This document shows, one piece after another, positions 36,268-48,814 of a stretch of DNA of 64,000 bases. The stretch spans positions 310,001 to 374,000 of the forward strand of contig NIVC01000566.1 of assembly GCA_002269645.1 (NCBI GenBank), given 5' to 3'. Position numbers and translations under genes: made by a program. The notes beneath the pieces were generated by a model. That model made no database searches, was not told where the DNA came from, and saw nothing but the letters and a program-made list of their open reading frames with translations. This stretch comes from Macrostomum lignano. Taxonomy: Eukaryota. The stretch's first letter is position 1; every line of letters begins with the position of its first letter.

Positions 36268-37583
36268 CTTTGGCTCAAGGAACTGATGGGAGCTGTGCAC
36301 GGTCTATTGGAGCCAAGCTTTAGCCTCACCTCACAACAAACATTAAGGCTGCAGTTCATGATGATGCTTGAAGATTTCAGAAATATTCGTCAGATGCTGC
36401 AAGAGGAAAACATTCGCTTTTATGGCCTGAGCGATGACTTGAAGGACGTGTGGCATGGAGTTGAGCTGGGAAGTCCGGTAAGTCCGATGGACGCATTGCA
36501 ACTCGAGCCGTTGGGCTTGACGCACCTGCAGCCAGATGACGTGGTAGCGTTTGCGGATCCCGAGGCCGGAGGGTCGCTGATCTACGCCCGAATCGTCGAG
36601 TCACATGGCTCAGTCGATCCCAAGAGCGACGAAGGCGAGTTTGACAGCGGCGAGTGGAGCGTCGAGTTCACCATCGACTGCGGTCGTCAGCGCGGCCGAA
36701 AAGTGCGGGCGCCGGCGGCACTGCTGCAAGCTTTTGCAAAGATTGAGAATGAATTGGAGTTGCATGAAAACAATAGCGACTGGGAACGCAGGATGGAGCA
36801 GCAGATTCACAAAGCGGCTCGCTTATCCGATAATTTCGAACGGAAAACCGCCACTCAACGGATTCTCGACGCCTGCGATTTAAACCGCTTCGACGAGGAC
36901 CAGCAGCCGGATCCCGAGGCAATTCGGCGGGTGCGGAGTTTCGCTCAAGAGCAGCTGGGGGGCAGTATCTCTAACGGCGACTGGGAGATGATGAGCAGAA
37001 ATGCTGCCAGGGCTGCTCGAAGGTATTGATCGGCGCGAGCTGAAAGTCGCATGAATGGCAAATTCGGTTTTGGTGGCGGCGGCGGTGGTAGTGGTGCCTT
37101 TTGCGGGGCCTTTAACGGCGCCAGGACGGGTGGCGGAGGTGGCGGCGGTTTTGGCGGACCTGGGTGCGTTCCTCCGTCGCCGGGCGAGGCGCAGCGCTAT
37201 CTACAGACGTCCCAAGGTGACGCAAAGGCGGCCGTGGCCACGGCGACCGCGGCGGCCGCTGAACGAGCCTGCTGGCCTGCTACCAGAGCTGGCAGGCCGC
37301 CGAGAAGGCGATGAAGGCCGTCGTGCTTGCCGAGAATCGACCGGCTGAGCGGAGTCACAACATTTTGAGTCACCTGCTTCTCGTTGGCGATGAGCAGCTG
37401 CGGGACCAGCTGGAGCCGCTGGTGCACGACCTGCTTGCTGTACTTCACCGGGACCCGCGCTATCCGCGTGATGGCGCCACGCCTTACGACGCGTTCCGCG
37501 CCGAGCACGCGCGACAGGCCAGCGAGGCGGCGGCCGGCATTGTGCGACTGGTGGAGGCGGCCGTCAGCGATGCCACCGATTGA
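36268..37583 (+). pseudogene. SACS: Sacsin-like copy C, 3' remnant (J-like + HEPN region only)
   Basis: Starts abruptly at tttggctcaaggaactg (equivalent to 7381/30062); nonsense cga>tga at about 37027; 1-nt deletion at about 37275; ends ...SDATD*. Confidence 0.9.
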
Positions 37584-40500
37584 AGACCTGGCGTTGGCTG
37601 CAGCTGATTCGGTCTGTTTGTTTTCATTGATGCCAAGAGACCAAGAGTGAGCCGAGCGTGAGTTGAGTTGTCTTTATCCAGAGGCGGGCAAACTGGAGCT
37701 GCTGAGTTTAATAGAAAATTCGAGGCGATTACACTTTCAAGTCTAAGAGATAGCTGATGAATTTTGACCAGATTAAAGTTTACCAGATACTAGCATCTAG
37801 AACTATAGACCGACAAACTCCTGATAAACGTTTGACTATCCAGGTGACGTTTGACATTTGACATGTGACATGTCAAACGTTGTGACAAAGGTTTGACATT
37901 CCAGGTGACAGCAAATATTGTCTATTTTAAACAAGCTTGTATCGGTTTCATGTCTAATTAATTAAATTTTCGCCTAATTACTAATTTCAAAATTAAATGG
38001 ACTGGTAAACCGATTAATTTTATGCTCCTAATAAATCTGCAAGGTTGAGAAAAAGATGCGCCAAAACTTATTGCCTAACATCTCTTAGAACGATTCCACA
38101 ATAAGCCGTGTGACCATGTCAGTGATGTTCACACGCTCATCATGGGAAATTCAAAGCGTGTACACAACAACATTGAAAATTCGCCATTCGCCACTCTAAG
38201 TGCCAGTGAGCTGAACAGTTTCTCTTGGACTATTCTGAAAAATAAGATACGAGAAAACTGATCGGGGTAGCTTCAACCCAACTGTCCTCGAACACCCTCT
38301 CCCCACTTCATTCCTCAACTCAAGTCTGCTGCGGAGTAGCTAAGTTGCGTCACTCGCAAAGATTGAGAAACTTTACCTGCACTCTCAAAAGTGGCGACCA
38401 CAGACGGAATCGTCTTTGATGGCGACTTTTCGATGCTGCCGACCCCTGCTCTATCTGAGATTCCGGGAGCGCCATCCCACAACCTACGAGTATCACGATC
38501 TCTACACTATTATTATCATGGACATAACTTTTTTTCAAAACTGAACCTTCTCTCGTTTTTTTTTTTAATTTTATTAACCAGTCAAATTTATCAGCAGTGG
38601 AATTACCAAGTTCTCATATTTGACAAGTTTTATTGTTAAGTTTTCTTATTATTTGCCAGAATAGACCAACCCCAGAGCACACGAAACTCAAGGAGTTGAG
38701 TGAAACTACCTTTTATTGCACACCTTCTGAAACAAGAATAAAGTCACCTTCCCTCCAGATGAGACCAGTAAAATGATAAATTTTGTAGAATATGCTTGGT
38801 ACTTCTACTGTTAATTTGCACTTTCAACACTAAATATTATTTTTTATTACTTGTCCCACGCTCCTCATTGATTTTGCTGATGTCTTGCATATTTACTCTG
38901 CTTAGTTTCTCTAGAATTACTTTAAACAGTATAAGTACGTATATACTTTTATTTGGACTTAGACAGACATTTTTATTATTTTACTTATATGCTACATAAC
39001 AATCCCATCTTCTTACTTCAAAATTGATTCAATTTGAATTTCTCTCCGTACGTTGTAAAAGTGTTTGCGTCGTCTTAAATCCTATTTTCCCGAGTATTCC
39101 ATTCCATAATAAATATACACCTAGTAACATTAATTTACTCATTTTTATTTTATCCAAAATATTAACATATTAATATTTTTGTTTGAGTTTGACTTCAGAA
39201 TTAAAAAATTATGCAAAAAATTGAATTGGAATTCAGCGGCTTAAAAATCCGTGATTTTCAACGGTTTGCAGATTATATTTTGCAACGCAGTGTGCAATAA
39301 AGGCTGCAGATCTGTCATGTTTTTCGTGTGTCAACTGCAGCCGGATCGAGAGATAACGGAATGCTTTTGTTGTTGGCAAGTTTACAATTTTCTACACCAA
39401 AATGTAAGAGTACAGATTTCCGCCCAGCAAACGGCCAGCACCACAAGCTGCAAGTTCGATGAGTTCTTCTGAATAAATCCCAAGGACCGAAGCTATGGAG
39501 CCTGAGAATTTTACAAGCCCGTAGTGTAGAGTGTTCTACCTCCCGCAAGTGATAAAATTGTTAACGTACTACTTATATAGTAGTAAGATGAGTAGCATGT
39601 ATAAAGATATGCGCTGAACCAGCAACAAAAAGTCCAATAAGTCGAGCTCTGCAACACCGCCTGCTAGCCTCAGGCCCCAGAGCTTCGTTGACGGCGAGAA
39701 AAGAGATCGGAGAACAAGCAACGCTAAAACGCACTCAAGCACACTACGAGCGTATTATACACACTGGCTGCTACTTTAGACTGTGGATAGAAGGTGCGTC
39801 TCTCCCACTCTTGCTCTGAGCGAGTAACGCGAGTCTCCCAAAGCCAGCTGCTATGTTTGGAAACTATGAAGTGAGCTGTGCAGTTTTTACCGTATGACCA
39901 AAGCGGAACACGCGGCGAAGGGATGACCTGAAGGAACTGCTGCCTGCAGATGTCCGTTCCAGACACTTGCTGCAATGTACTGATTCTCCACGAAGTCGAA
40001 GGGATGAGCGAGCTGCTCAAGAAAACGTTCAAAATGACTTACTGTAGTCGGTGGATCGCATTGTTGTGAAAATTTGTGCCTGCGTACTTTTTCGTCGTGT
40101 TCGGTCTCTTTTCGGCTAACTTAGCTAATGCTCTTGTTTGTCTAGATGTATTAGAATTGTCCTGACTTTCTTAGTCATTTCTTAGTTCATCTGCACTTGT
40201 CTCTGTTTACTCTGTTTCTCTCCCTCTCGGTTTATTTCAATCTTGTTTCCTTATCTCTCTCTCTCCCTCGCTGCTTCGATCTGATTGGCTCTTCAATCTC
40301 GACTCTTTCCTTAGTCGCGCATTCCAATCCAAACCTCCTTTTCTTACACTTAACCCCGCCCCCACCCAGTTTAATGACAGAAATACACCCATTTGGGCCC
40401 TAAGCCCACAGTCTCTCTCTTGTTTTCAACTTAAATTAACCAAACTTATTATTTTATTTACAGATATTATCGATCCGTTTTCAGCCCCGTCGGTCTCGCC

Positions 40501-41779
40501 TGTTCTCGCCTCTCCTTTATAATCATTTTATTGCCCCCGCATTGCCCCCGCAACCGAGAACGGCCTGGGTCTTGCGTAGCCTCTTGCGCCCTTCGCGTGT
40601 GCTTTTGCTCCCTGTTAGGTTGGATCTCTTTTTTTTCAAAAGTTCGAGTACGACAAGCGGCCACTTTCGAAGTCGTCTCGTCTTCGGTCTGGTTGCCTTG
40701 TCAAGGTGGCGTTTTGGTTTTCTGGGAGTCTCGGCAGCAAACACACTCGCAGATCCGCTGCAGATAGCATCGAATCGACTAAAGCTGAGCTTTATGAAAC
40801 TGCTTGGCTTTACACGATTGCACTAGCCGAAAACCTAGCATGAAAAACTCTTACTGCGTCGACTTACATGCATGTGGGTGACTCAGCTACATTGAAAAGC
40901 CGCCACACTTTGCGCTAGAGAGCAATTTCTCATGGATTATTCTAAAATAAAAGACACAAGAAAACTGATCGGGGTAGCTTTAATCCGTCCCAACTTTTTT
41001 GACGACTTTTCGATGTTGCTGAGTATATTCGCTAGCACAGAGTCTGTTGCTCCTTCCTTTTGTGCTCTTGCTGTCGGATACTTGCTTGTCGTCCAAATGT
41101 CTTTGTAGGTCAGAAGGCGAGCACCAATATGAGCAGCAGTCACTCCAGCTACATGTGCATTGCTAAAGCCGAGAAGCTGTTGTCAAATCCTTGGCTTAAT
41201 GCGGAAGTTGAAGAAGAGGCCTGTTCAGACTTGCTCAGAGAGAAGTTGAACTCCTTGGAAAGTGCAGATGAACTCGCGCAAAAAATGTCAGAAGATAATA
41301 TGGAAGCTGAGCAGATAGCTCGTACTATCATTGTTTATACCGTCACACCTTTTTTAAATACGCTAATATGCTCTCGAATGCCGATTTCACTTCAATAGAA
41401 GGCTTGCTTTTTAATGCCCTCGCCCATGCGCACTTGGACAGCACGTTAATGCATGTTAGACTAACCCGTAGGCTTTATTATACTTTTTTTAAAGGAAATA
41501 ATAATTTTCCTCCTTTAGCCTTTTAGGCTCGTATAGCCTTCACTCACCCGGACACCCTGCTTGCAAACTTTCATTAATAAATGCATTGCAGCCATGAAAG
41601 CTCACTGTCTGGTCAGGGTTAAAAACATCATCCTTTCCATTTTATGACAAATAAAAAATCGAACGCATTTTATTCTTAGGTTAATCACCCGAAAACTTGC
41701 GGTAATTTACTAGCATAATCACCGAGAGTTTTATTCCTCTCCACCATTGATCACTTTGGGCAACGTGATTGTATCTTAC

Positions 41780-42027
41780 CTGCGCAAGACTCACGGAAGC
41801 TTTCACGTTTCAGGGCCTGGGGGCGAACGCAGGTCGCACCGCCGGCATTAGCCAGCAGGCAGTCAACGAAACGCCGAGTGCGCGCTTGTCCCCGCTGGTA
41901 GGGTGCCTTGCAGCGTCAACAGCAGCAGCAGCACGTCGTGTACAACTGCGGGCAGTTGCACTCGGCTTGGATGATGCAGCTTATGATGTAACGGATGAAG
42001 TTCGCTGGGATGAGAGGCGGGTCAGAC
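41780..42027 (-). other. Exon-like Cys-rich segment with an in-frame TGA; product unknown
   Basis: Acceptor-like ttcttatcccag|, C-ending codon bias, reading SDPPLIPANFIRYIISCIIQAECNCPQLYTTCCCCC*RCKAPYQRGQARTRRFVDCLLANAGGATCVRPQALKRESFRESCA, then donor gcag|gtaaga. Confidence 0.3.
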
Positions 42028-43341
42028 TGGGATAAGAAAAACACGACATGCTCTTCAGCGCCTACGACAGCGACAAACACAAGCGCACTTGCACAAAATA
42101 TCACGACAGAACTGGCTGGTGGTTCCATTGTGGCCACTGCCACAGACCGAACGGCATCATAGCCGAGAGACCTTGGCAATAAAAGATGTTATTCTGCTCA
42201 AGCTGGAAAAAAGCAGAACAAACGAATCCGCTTGAAGCTGACAAGGATGCCATTTACCTGCGGCTGAGAGAGTACTTGTAGTGAGCTGCATGTATTAAAG
42301 CTGAGAGTTCCGAGAACACTGCGCCTTGCGTACTGTATTAAAAATAAAGCAACAGCTTAAAGATAAACTTTAATTTATCCGCTCAGCTACGTGAACCCAA
42401 GCGACCAATTTGTGACACTTCCGTACCTTGGAATATCGCACAACCGACTTGCTCAGTTTATTTCGGCATGCAAACAGTCGCAGATGCAAAGTCCGCGCAT
42501 GCCAAGACTCTTTGGCCAGTCTGAAGCGCAGAATTTTAAAACAGAAATATTCGAAGAATTTTGGTTTAGAGTGTTGAAAATGCAGAAAGCATGAACATGC
42601 ACGTGAATTGTATAAAATTGTCATTGGATTGTTAGCAGAGGCTACATAGGATTTTGCCCGTGATCGTGATGTGCAAGTCGAGAACTTGAGAAGGGCGCGA
42701 AAGTACATTAGTAAGTTAAAGGCCAATTTTTGCTTCGGAAAGCGCAAAAGCGACAGAATTTATATTAATAGTTTTTTTGAGCTGGAAAAAACGAAAAATG
42801 ACGGTCTTGGTACAAATTTTCTTGAAATATTGGGCTTTCCGATATTAACAAAATTCGATAAGAGGCCTCCCACAGCTCACTTCCCAATGAGATGCAGGTG
42901 ATATGGAGTTATGGTCTGATTAATCAAAAAGAAAAATGGGAATGTGCAAATAGCCTACTGATGAAAGTAGCAAAGCCAAAAAAAATTAGAGAAAAGCAAA
43001 ATTAAACAAGTCAATAATAAGAAAAAAATCTTATGATTTGGGCGACAGAATTGGCCTGTGAATTCTTGATCTAAGATTAAATATTAATAAATAAACTGTA
43101 ATGAATATCATACTACAACACTGCTTAATGGTAAAGCGATATGTACAGATTAATGAAACTTTGTGACCTTGAGGCTGGCCGACCAAAACAGCAAGCAAGT
43201 TCAAAGAGGCAAAGATTATCTTGAAATTTAGGTAACTTTATATACTTGACAAAAAATCCACTGAAAAATGCTTCGAATACTACTAGACAGTGAATCCAGT
43301 AGCGTATGAAGCAAATCTCAGACAGATAGAAAACAAATCGA

Positions 43342-46300
43342 TCACAGGTACATGCCGTTGATCAGGTAGTCCTCATCGTCCACCATCCGGCTGCGCAGCT
43401 TGCCTTGGCCGCCGACAGTCGAGCGAAGCTGGCGAAGTCGGCAGCCCAGGGCGACCACGGCCACCAGGGTGAGGGCGAGGGCGACGCCCAGGCCGATAAC
43501 GGTGGCCCGGGCCTGGCGGTAGCGGTCGGCCAGGGAGGCCGCCAGCGACTTCCCCGACTGTGGCGGCGGCGGCGGCGGCGACGCGGGCGGAGGTGGAGGC
43601 CCGCCTTGTCGAAGGTTCGAAGCTGAAGTAGAGCATTTTTCGATACATATCGGCAATTTAATTTTAAGCTGGCAAGCAAGTAAAAATGCTACGCAGACAG
43701 TTAAATTGAAATTCGAAAGCGGGTGTCCAAAAGACTGAGGTCCTGGATTAGCTTTTGAGATCAAAGGGCTGGTAACTCATTCTCACCAATTCTATAGGCT
43801 GGTATCTCACCCATTCTATAGGCGTTCACTGTCCAATCTCACCCATTCTGTAGGCTGGTATCTTACCCATTCTACAGGCTGGTATCTCACCCATTCTATA
43901 GGCGTTCACTGTCCAATCTCACCCATTCTGTAGGCTGGTATCTCACCCATTCTATAGGCGTTCACTGTCCAATCTCACCCATTCTGTAGGCTGGTATCTC
44001 ACCCATTCTACAGGCTGGTATCTCATTCATTCTATCTGTCCATAGGTTGGTATCTCATTCTATGGTAGGCTGGTATCTCATTCTATAGGCTGGTATCTCA
44101 CTCCATAACAATCAATGCATATTATTTACATTTAGTAAATTTGAAAACAATAATATTAAAAAACGCTACTTTCAATACTGAGGCAAGGAAAACAAGTAGT
44201 TTAAGAGAACGGGCCAGCTAATTTTGCCTACCCTTGACCTGCGGACAGTCGGCCTCGTCGCTGGCGTCGCCGCACTGCGACACGCCGTCGCAGCGGTCGT
44301 AGACGGCCACGCAGGCGGGGAATTTGTTAGCGTCGCGGCAGGGGAATTGCAGTTCGGACGGGCACTGCTGCCTCCCTCTGCGCTTTCGTCTATCAGCAGC
44401 TGTTCGGGAGGTTAGAAGTCACAAGGAGCGCGGTTTAGACACAGCAAAGCGAGTCAGTTATCAAGTTATATCACTTTAAGTTAGCGTGTTTTCTGTTTTA
44501 AATAGATGGGTGAGACAACCAGAGTCCCTGGGTTCGATTCCCAGGTACAAAGTTAGAAATTGATGGGGCCTGATGTGCACCCAGTTGTCTGGGCATGGTC
44601 AGGAGTCAGTGCTAAAAAAACTATTCAGACTTCATGAGAAGCAACGACTCTCCTCTATATGATTCTGAGCTCATAGCTGCTAAAGGCAGTCAACCCACAG
44701 CCAGGTAGGAGTAAAAGGCAGGAATGAATTTTTATTAAGAATTTTACAATTGAAATTGCTTACCTTGGGATGTTGGTGCTGTTGGCAGAGTATCAGTTGA
44801 TACCCTCTGAGGCTTAGTAGAAGCCGCCCTAATGCCAAGCTCAGCATCAATGTGCTTAAATGGCTTTATTGGCACTTTGATGCTCACTGTGTATCTTGCA
44901 TAGTGCCGGAACTCGCAGTAACTAGCATCTGGGCCACAGTCAAAAAGGTAGCAAAGACTTTTTATCTAAAATATTTAGAGTTTATAGTTAAAATTTTAGT
45001 ATATTAGAAATTGCTTATAGTAGCATATCAAATATAATAAAATCAATGTTTTTTGGAGCATCATAAATAGTGTCTTACTTGGTATCTGGTTATCATTTAT
45101 AACTGGAACATAAAGCTGTATACTAAAATTTAAAATAGTTTGCAGCTTGTGAAAAATGATATGATATTTACTACAAGGTGATCTCAATTTTTGTTTATAC
45201 TTTATACCAAGATGGCCACACACCAAGATGGCCACAGCTGGGGTGGGGGTCACGGAAAATGGCAACGGGTTTTCTATTGGATGGCTTCGGGCGGGGAGAT
45301 GTGGGGTTGCAATGGGGGGGTTTAGACAGGCAGTCAAAATTTTATTAGTATATTGCAGGGCTAAAGACAAAAATGGTTACGAGTCTTAATTTCCTACTTA
45401 TAGTAGGCCCCTAAGAGTTGTAAACATATTTCGTATTAAACAAATCTCTTCTTCATATAAAATCTGGTGTAGCTTTTTTCCATTTCTCTTATTGGTCGAG
45501 ACTAATTTACTTGTTCAAAGGGATAAAAACTGGGTAAATTTCATGCCCTGTTCAAAATTCATCTGTCTCATTCACTGACAGCAGTCTAAGCACTTAGATA
45601 CAAAATGGCAGGCGCATATCCATGTGTGGTCTGTCTGCAGCCAGTTTGCGATGGACAAGAAGCAATTGAGTGTTCTCAATGCTTGAATTGGCAGCACCGT
45701 GCATGTGATAGTCGCGTCACAATCGATCAGTATCAGTACCAGTATCCAGATTTCAATGACCCTGATGAACGGGTGTGACGGCTACAGTAGCAAGTTCACG
45801 GGGGCCAGGTTGTTACTCATCACTAGCAGGTGCATGCCAGGTACGCACGAGTGAATGCTGCCTTCGAGACGCATTGCAGACATCTTAGAGAAGGTACACT
45901 TTCAATTGCGGCTTTTCTAGGCCTGCAGCCATCTGCACACTCAGCCTGTCTGGCAGGTACAGCAGCCTGCAGACGAGGAGGCTTAAAACCTAATCAACTA
46001 CCCAAGCCGCCCACCCACATCTATTACCATATCAGATCATAACAAGTTAAAAAAGCCAAAAAATCCGCACTTACTTATTTATACTGCACCCATTGCTATA
46101 AGTTGCTTGAACTTTGAATCTATCCATGCCACCCGTACCTTATTGCCATTTCAGATCATAACGAGTTAAAAAAGCCAAAAAATCCGCACCTTCTTAGTTG
46201 CTGCAACCAATATAGCCCTGGAGCATATTTAAGAATCACCGTGTACATTTCTTGCCAGACATTACACTTTGTTTTACGCTCAAATTTGGGATGGGGGGTT

Positions 46301-48814
46301 CATTGCGTCGCACTTACAGAGCAAGCAGCCTTTACTTGGGCTAGTCACTGCATGTATGTGTGACTCAGTGCACTTCTGCCTCCGTAATTCATCATCATCC
46401 CATCATCCCCATCATTATGCATGATATTATATGAGCTACGTATACGAGCTATTAAAATGCAGATATGAGATACCTTTTGCACCCACGTTCGCAGAACAGG
46501 CCTGATGAAAGATTTCATAGAAAAACAATTTATTCATTGCTACAAGCTACAAGCTGTTGTCAATCCGTTGGTATCTTGAAATAATATGAAATATCGTGAA
46601 TGGGTGGCAACTGATGCAGTTTTTTATTTTTGATTTCCACTTCTATTGAGTTCACATACGACCCGTATTCTGTTGTTTAAGTTGAATACAAAAGGTAGGC
46701 GGGGTTGCTGTCAATTCAAGCTTGAATGAGCAAAGAGTTAATTTATGGTCAAATAGTCCTCACAGTGCTCCCCTAGTGGTGGTGATGCCTCACGGATCGT
46801 TACACTCAAGCCAACCCTAGAGCAAATTTTTTTTTCAATCTTGGCAATCTTTTTCAATATTCAATCTTCAATCTTTTCAAAAAAAGTAAACCCTTAAAAG
46901 TAAACCCTTCAAAGTATGACCCTTCTCTCTCCCTTCTCAGATTTTAGAACTAGATATAAGCTGAGCTGAGAGAGAAGACGAAAGTAGAGGCTGAGAGTAG
47001 AGAGAGGCTGAGAGCAGAGAGGTGCTGAGAGTAGAGAGGGGCTGGGGATAGAGAGGTTGAGAGTGGATAGATGCTGAGAGTAGAGAGAGGCTGAGAGTGG
47101 AGAGGCTGAGAATAGAGAGGTTGAGAGTAGATAGAGGCTGAGAGTAGAGAGGTTGAGAGTAGAGAGGCTAGTTCACGTTGTTCTCAATCCCATTCCACTA
47201 TACATGTAGTTTTTATCTAATGTGACTAAGCCAGGTGCTTTTAGTGCAGGGGTTGGCAAACTTTTTACCTCAATTGAGAACCCAGCTCATGACTGCCCTT
47301 CTATAGTCCACTTCGTTGGCCCCCAAAGCGAAGCGAGGAGTCCTGATGACAGCGGGCCAGAGGTGAGGAGAGAGGGTAAGGAAGAGAGAAGAGAAATACA
47401 AGCATAGGATAAAGGAGAGGCGAAGGAATAAAGGAGAAGAGAGTTGATGAGAGGAGAGATTAAATACGAGCGAGAGAGAGAGGAGAAGGGAGATTAATGG
47501 AGAGTAGAAAGGAGGGAAGGGAGAAGAGAATGAAGAGGAAAAGGGAGATGAGAGCAAAGAGGTGAGGAGAGAGGAGAGGAGAGAGGTGAGGAGAGGATGA
47601 GATGAGAGAGGAGAGGGCAAGAGATGAGAGAGGAGAGGGCAGAGATGAGAGAGAGAGAAAAGATTAGAGACGAGAGGGCAGAGATGACAGAGAAAATATA
47701 AGAGATGAGAGTGCAGAGATGAGAGAAGAGATCAGAGATAAGAGGGCACTCCAATTTTTGCTTACTTCTATCATAACTAATACCTTTAACTTTTAACATA
47801 TACAAACAACATGTCAGTTTTAGTATATTGAAGATAGGTTTGAAACTATTATCCATGATACAAAAACCAAATGTCTTGTGCTAGTAGTGCTACTAGCTTT
47901 AGTAGGTAGTAATACCTGCTGTAAAGAGAAGTGTTTTTTGTTTTACTTAGTCTAATTTCACTAACAAAGTCTGTCTTTTCCGAGACTTAAAGCTAGGTCA
48001 TACCCCACCCCAATCATAGCCAATAGGAAATGAGGAAATATATAGACCTATTCATATCCAAGCTGCCATTCAGAGCTGTGGCCATCTTGGTATATAGCCA
48101 TCTTGGTCATGTGCCTTTTGGATTTACCCTTATATAAAGTCAAATAAATGGTTGAAAAATAGAAAAATAAGTATAAATAGCATTGTTATAGTTCAAACTA
48201 TATTTATTAGAAAAGTAGTTCTAGCCTAAGAAATTATAGAATCATAAACACACTTTTTGTCATATGCCTTAGGATATAGGTGATAGTTTAATTTAAGTAG
48301 TGTTATCTTTATTCTTTAGTATTTAGCCTTTAGTTTTTTATTTAGTATAGTTTAGTATTTTACCTTATTAGTCCATAAGTCGATTGTTTCAATTTAGCAT
48401 GCAAAAAGTTTTAAACAAATATTTTAAGCTAAAAAATCTATGATCAATAAAAATAAGACACTTTACACTAGGGCTCTATAGAGGAGAGTGTCAGAACACA
48501 TGATGTTGGGCTGCACTTTCATGTCAATTTTTCAGAAATTGTAGTTATATCTATCTAGGTTAAAATGAATTACTTACTGTTGTTTCATAAATAGCAACAT
48601 TGCACCTATGATGATTGCAGCAGGAAATTTCACATTCTTTTAATGACTCTGTTGGAAGAGAATTTAAAGCAACTGCGCCGTTCGCGATTGAATCTTCAGT
48701 TCTGATTATACTTCCTTCTCTGTGTTGAAATTTTGAGCTTCCACAGTGATATGAAACGGCATGACAGTAGTGCCAAATGAAAGCAATATGCAAAGTAATG
48801 TAGACCAGATTCAT
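43342..48814 (-). CDS. LRP11: LRP11-like type I membrane protein (signal peptide-MANSC-LDLa-TM), join(48578..48814,44764..44965,44232..44399,43342..43622), 295 aa
   Basis: MANSC halves (IIRTEDSIANGA...CEISCC...CNVAIYE / CYLFDCG...CEFRHY), LDLa (CVAVYDRCDGVSQCGDASDEADC), TM (VIGLGVALALTLVAVVALGC) and C-terminus EDYLINGMYL typical of LRP11. All junctions are GT-AG with matching phases 0,1,1; total 888 nt. Confidence 0.9.
43780..44100. repeat. Intronic minisatellite (ctggtatctcacccattctatagg and a longer variant)
   Basis: Direct imperfect tandem copies. Confidence 0.85.
46960..47170. repeat. Degenerate GA-rich minisatellite (gagagtagagaggct)
   Basis: Direct imperfect tandem copies in LRP11-like intron 1. 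Confidence 0.8.

Noticed and set aside
37838-37910. Small hairpin (cgtttgacat...atgtcaaacg) unique to the copy C flank
   Set aside because: Too short and AT-rich to support an RNA gene or element call.
39660-40040. Possible transposase or gene fragment
   Set aside because: Moderately GC-rich but no motif recognised in any frame.
44505-44560. tRNA or SINE head (cctgggttcgattcccagg T-arm/B-box)
   Set aside because: Only a T-arm-like hairpin; no acceptor stem or anticodon arm could be folded.
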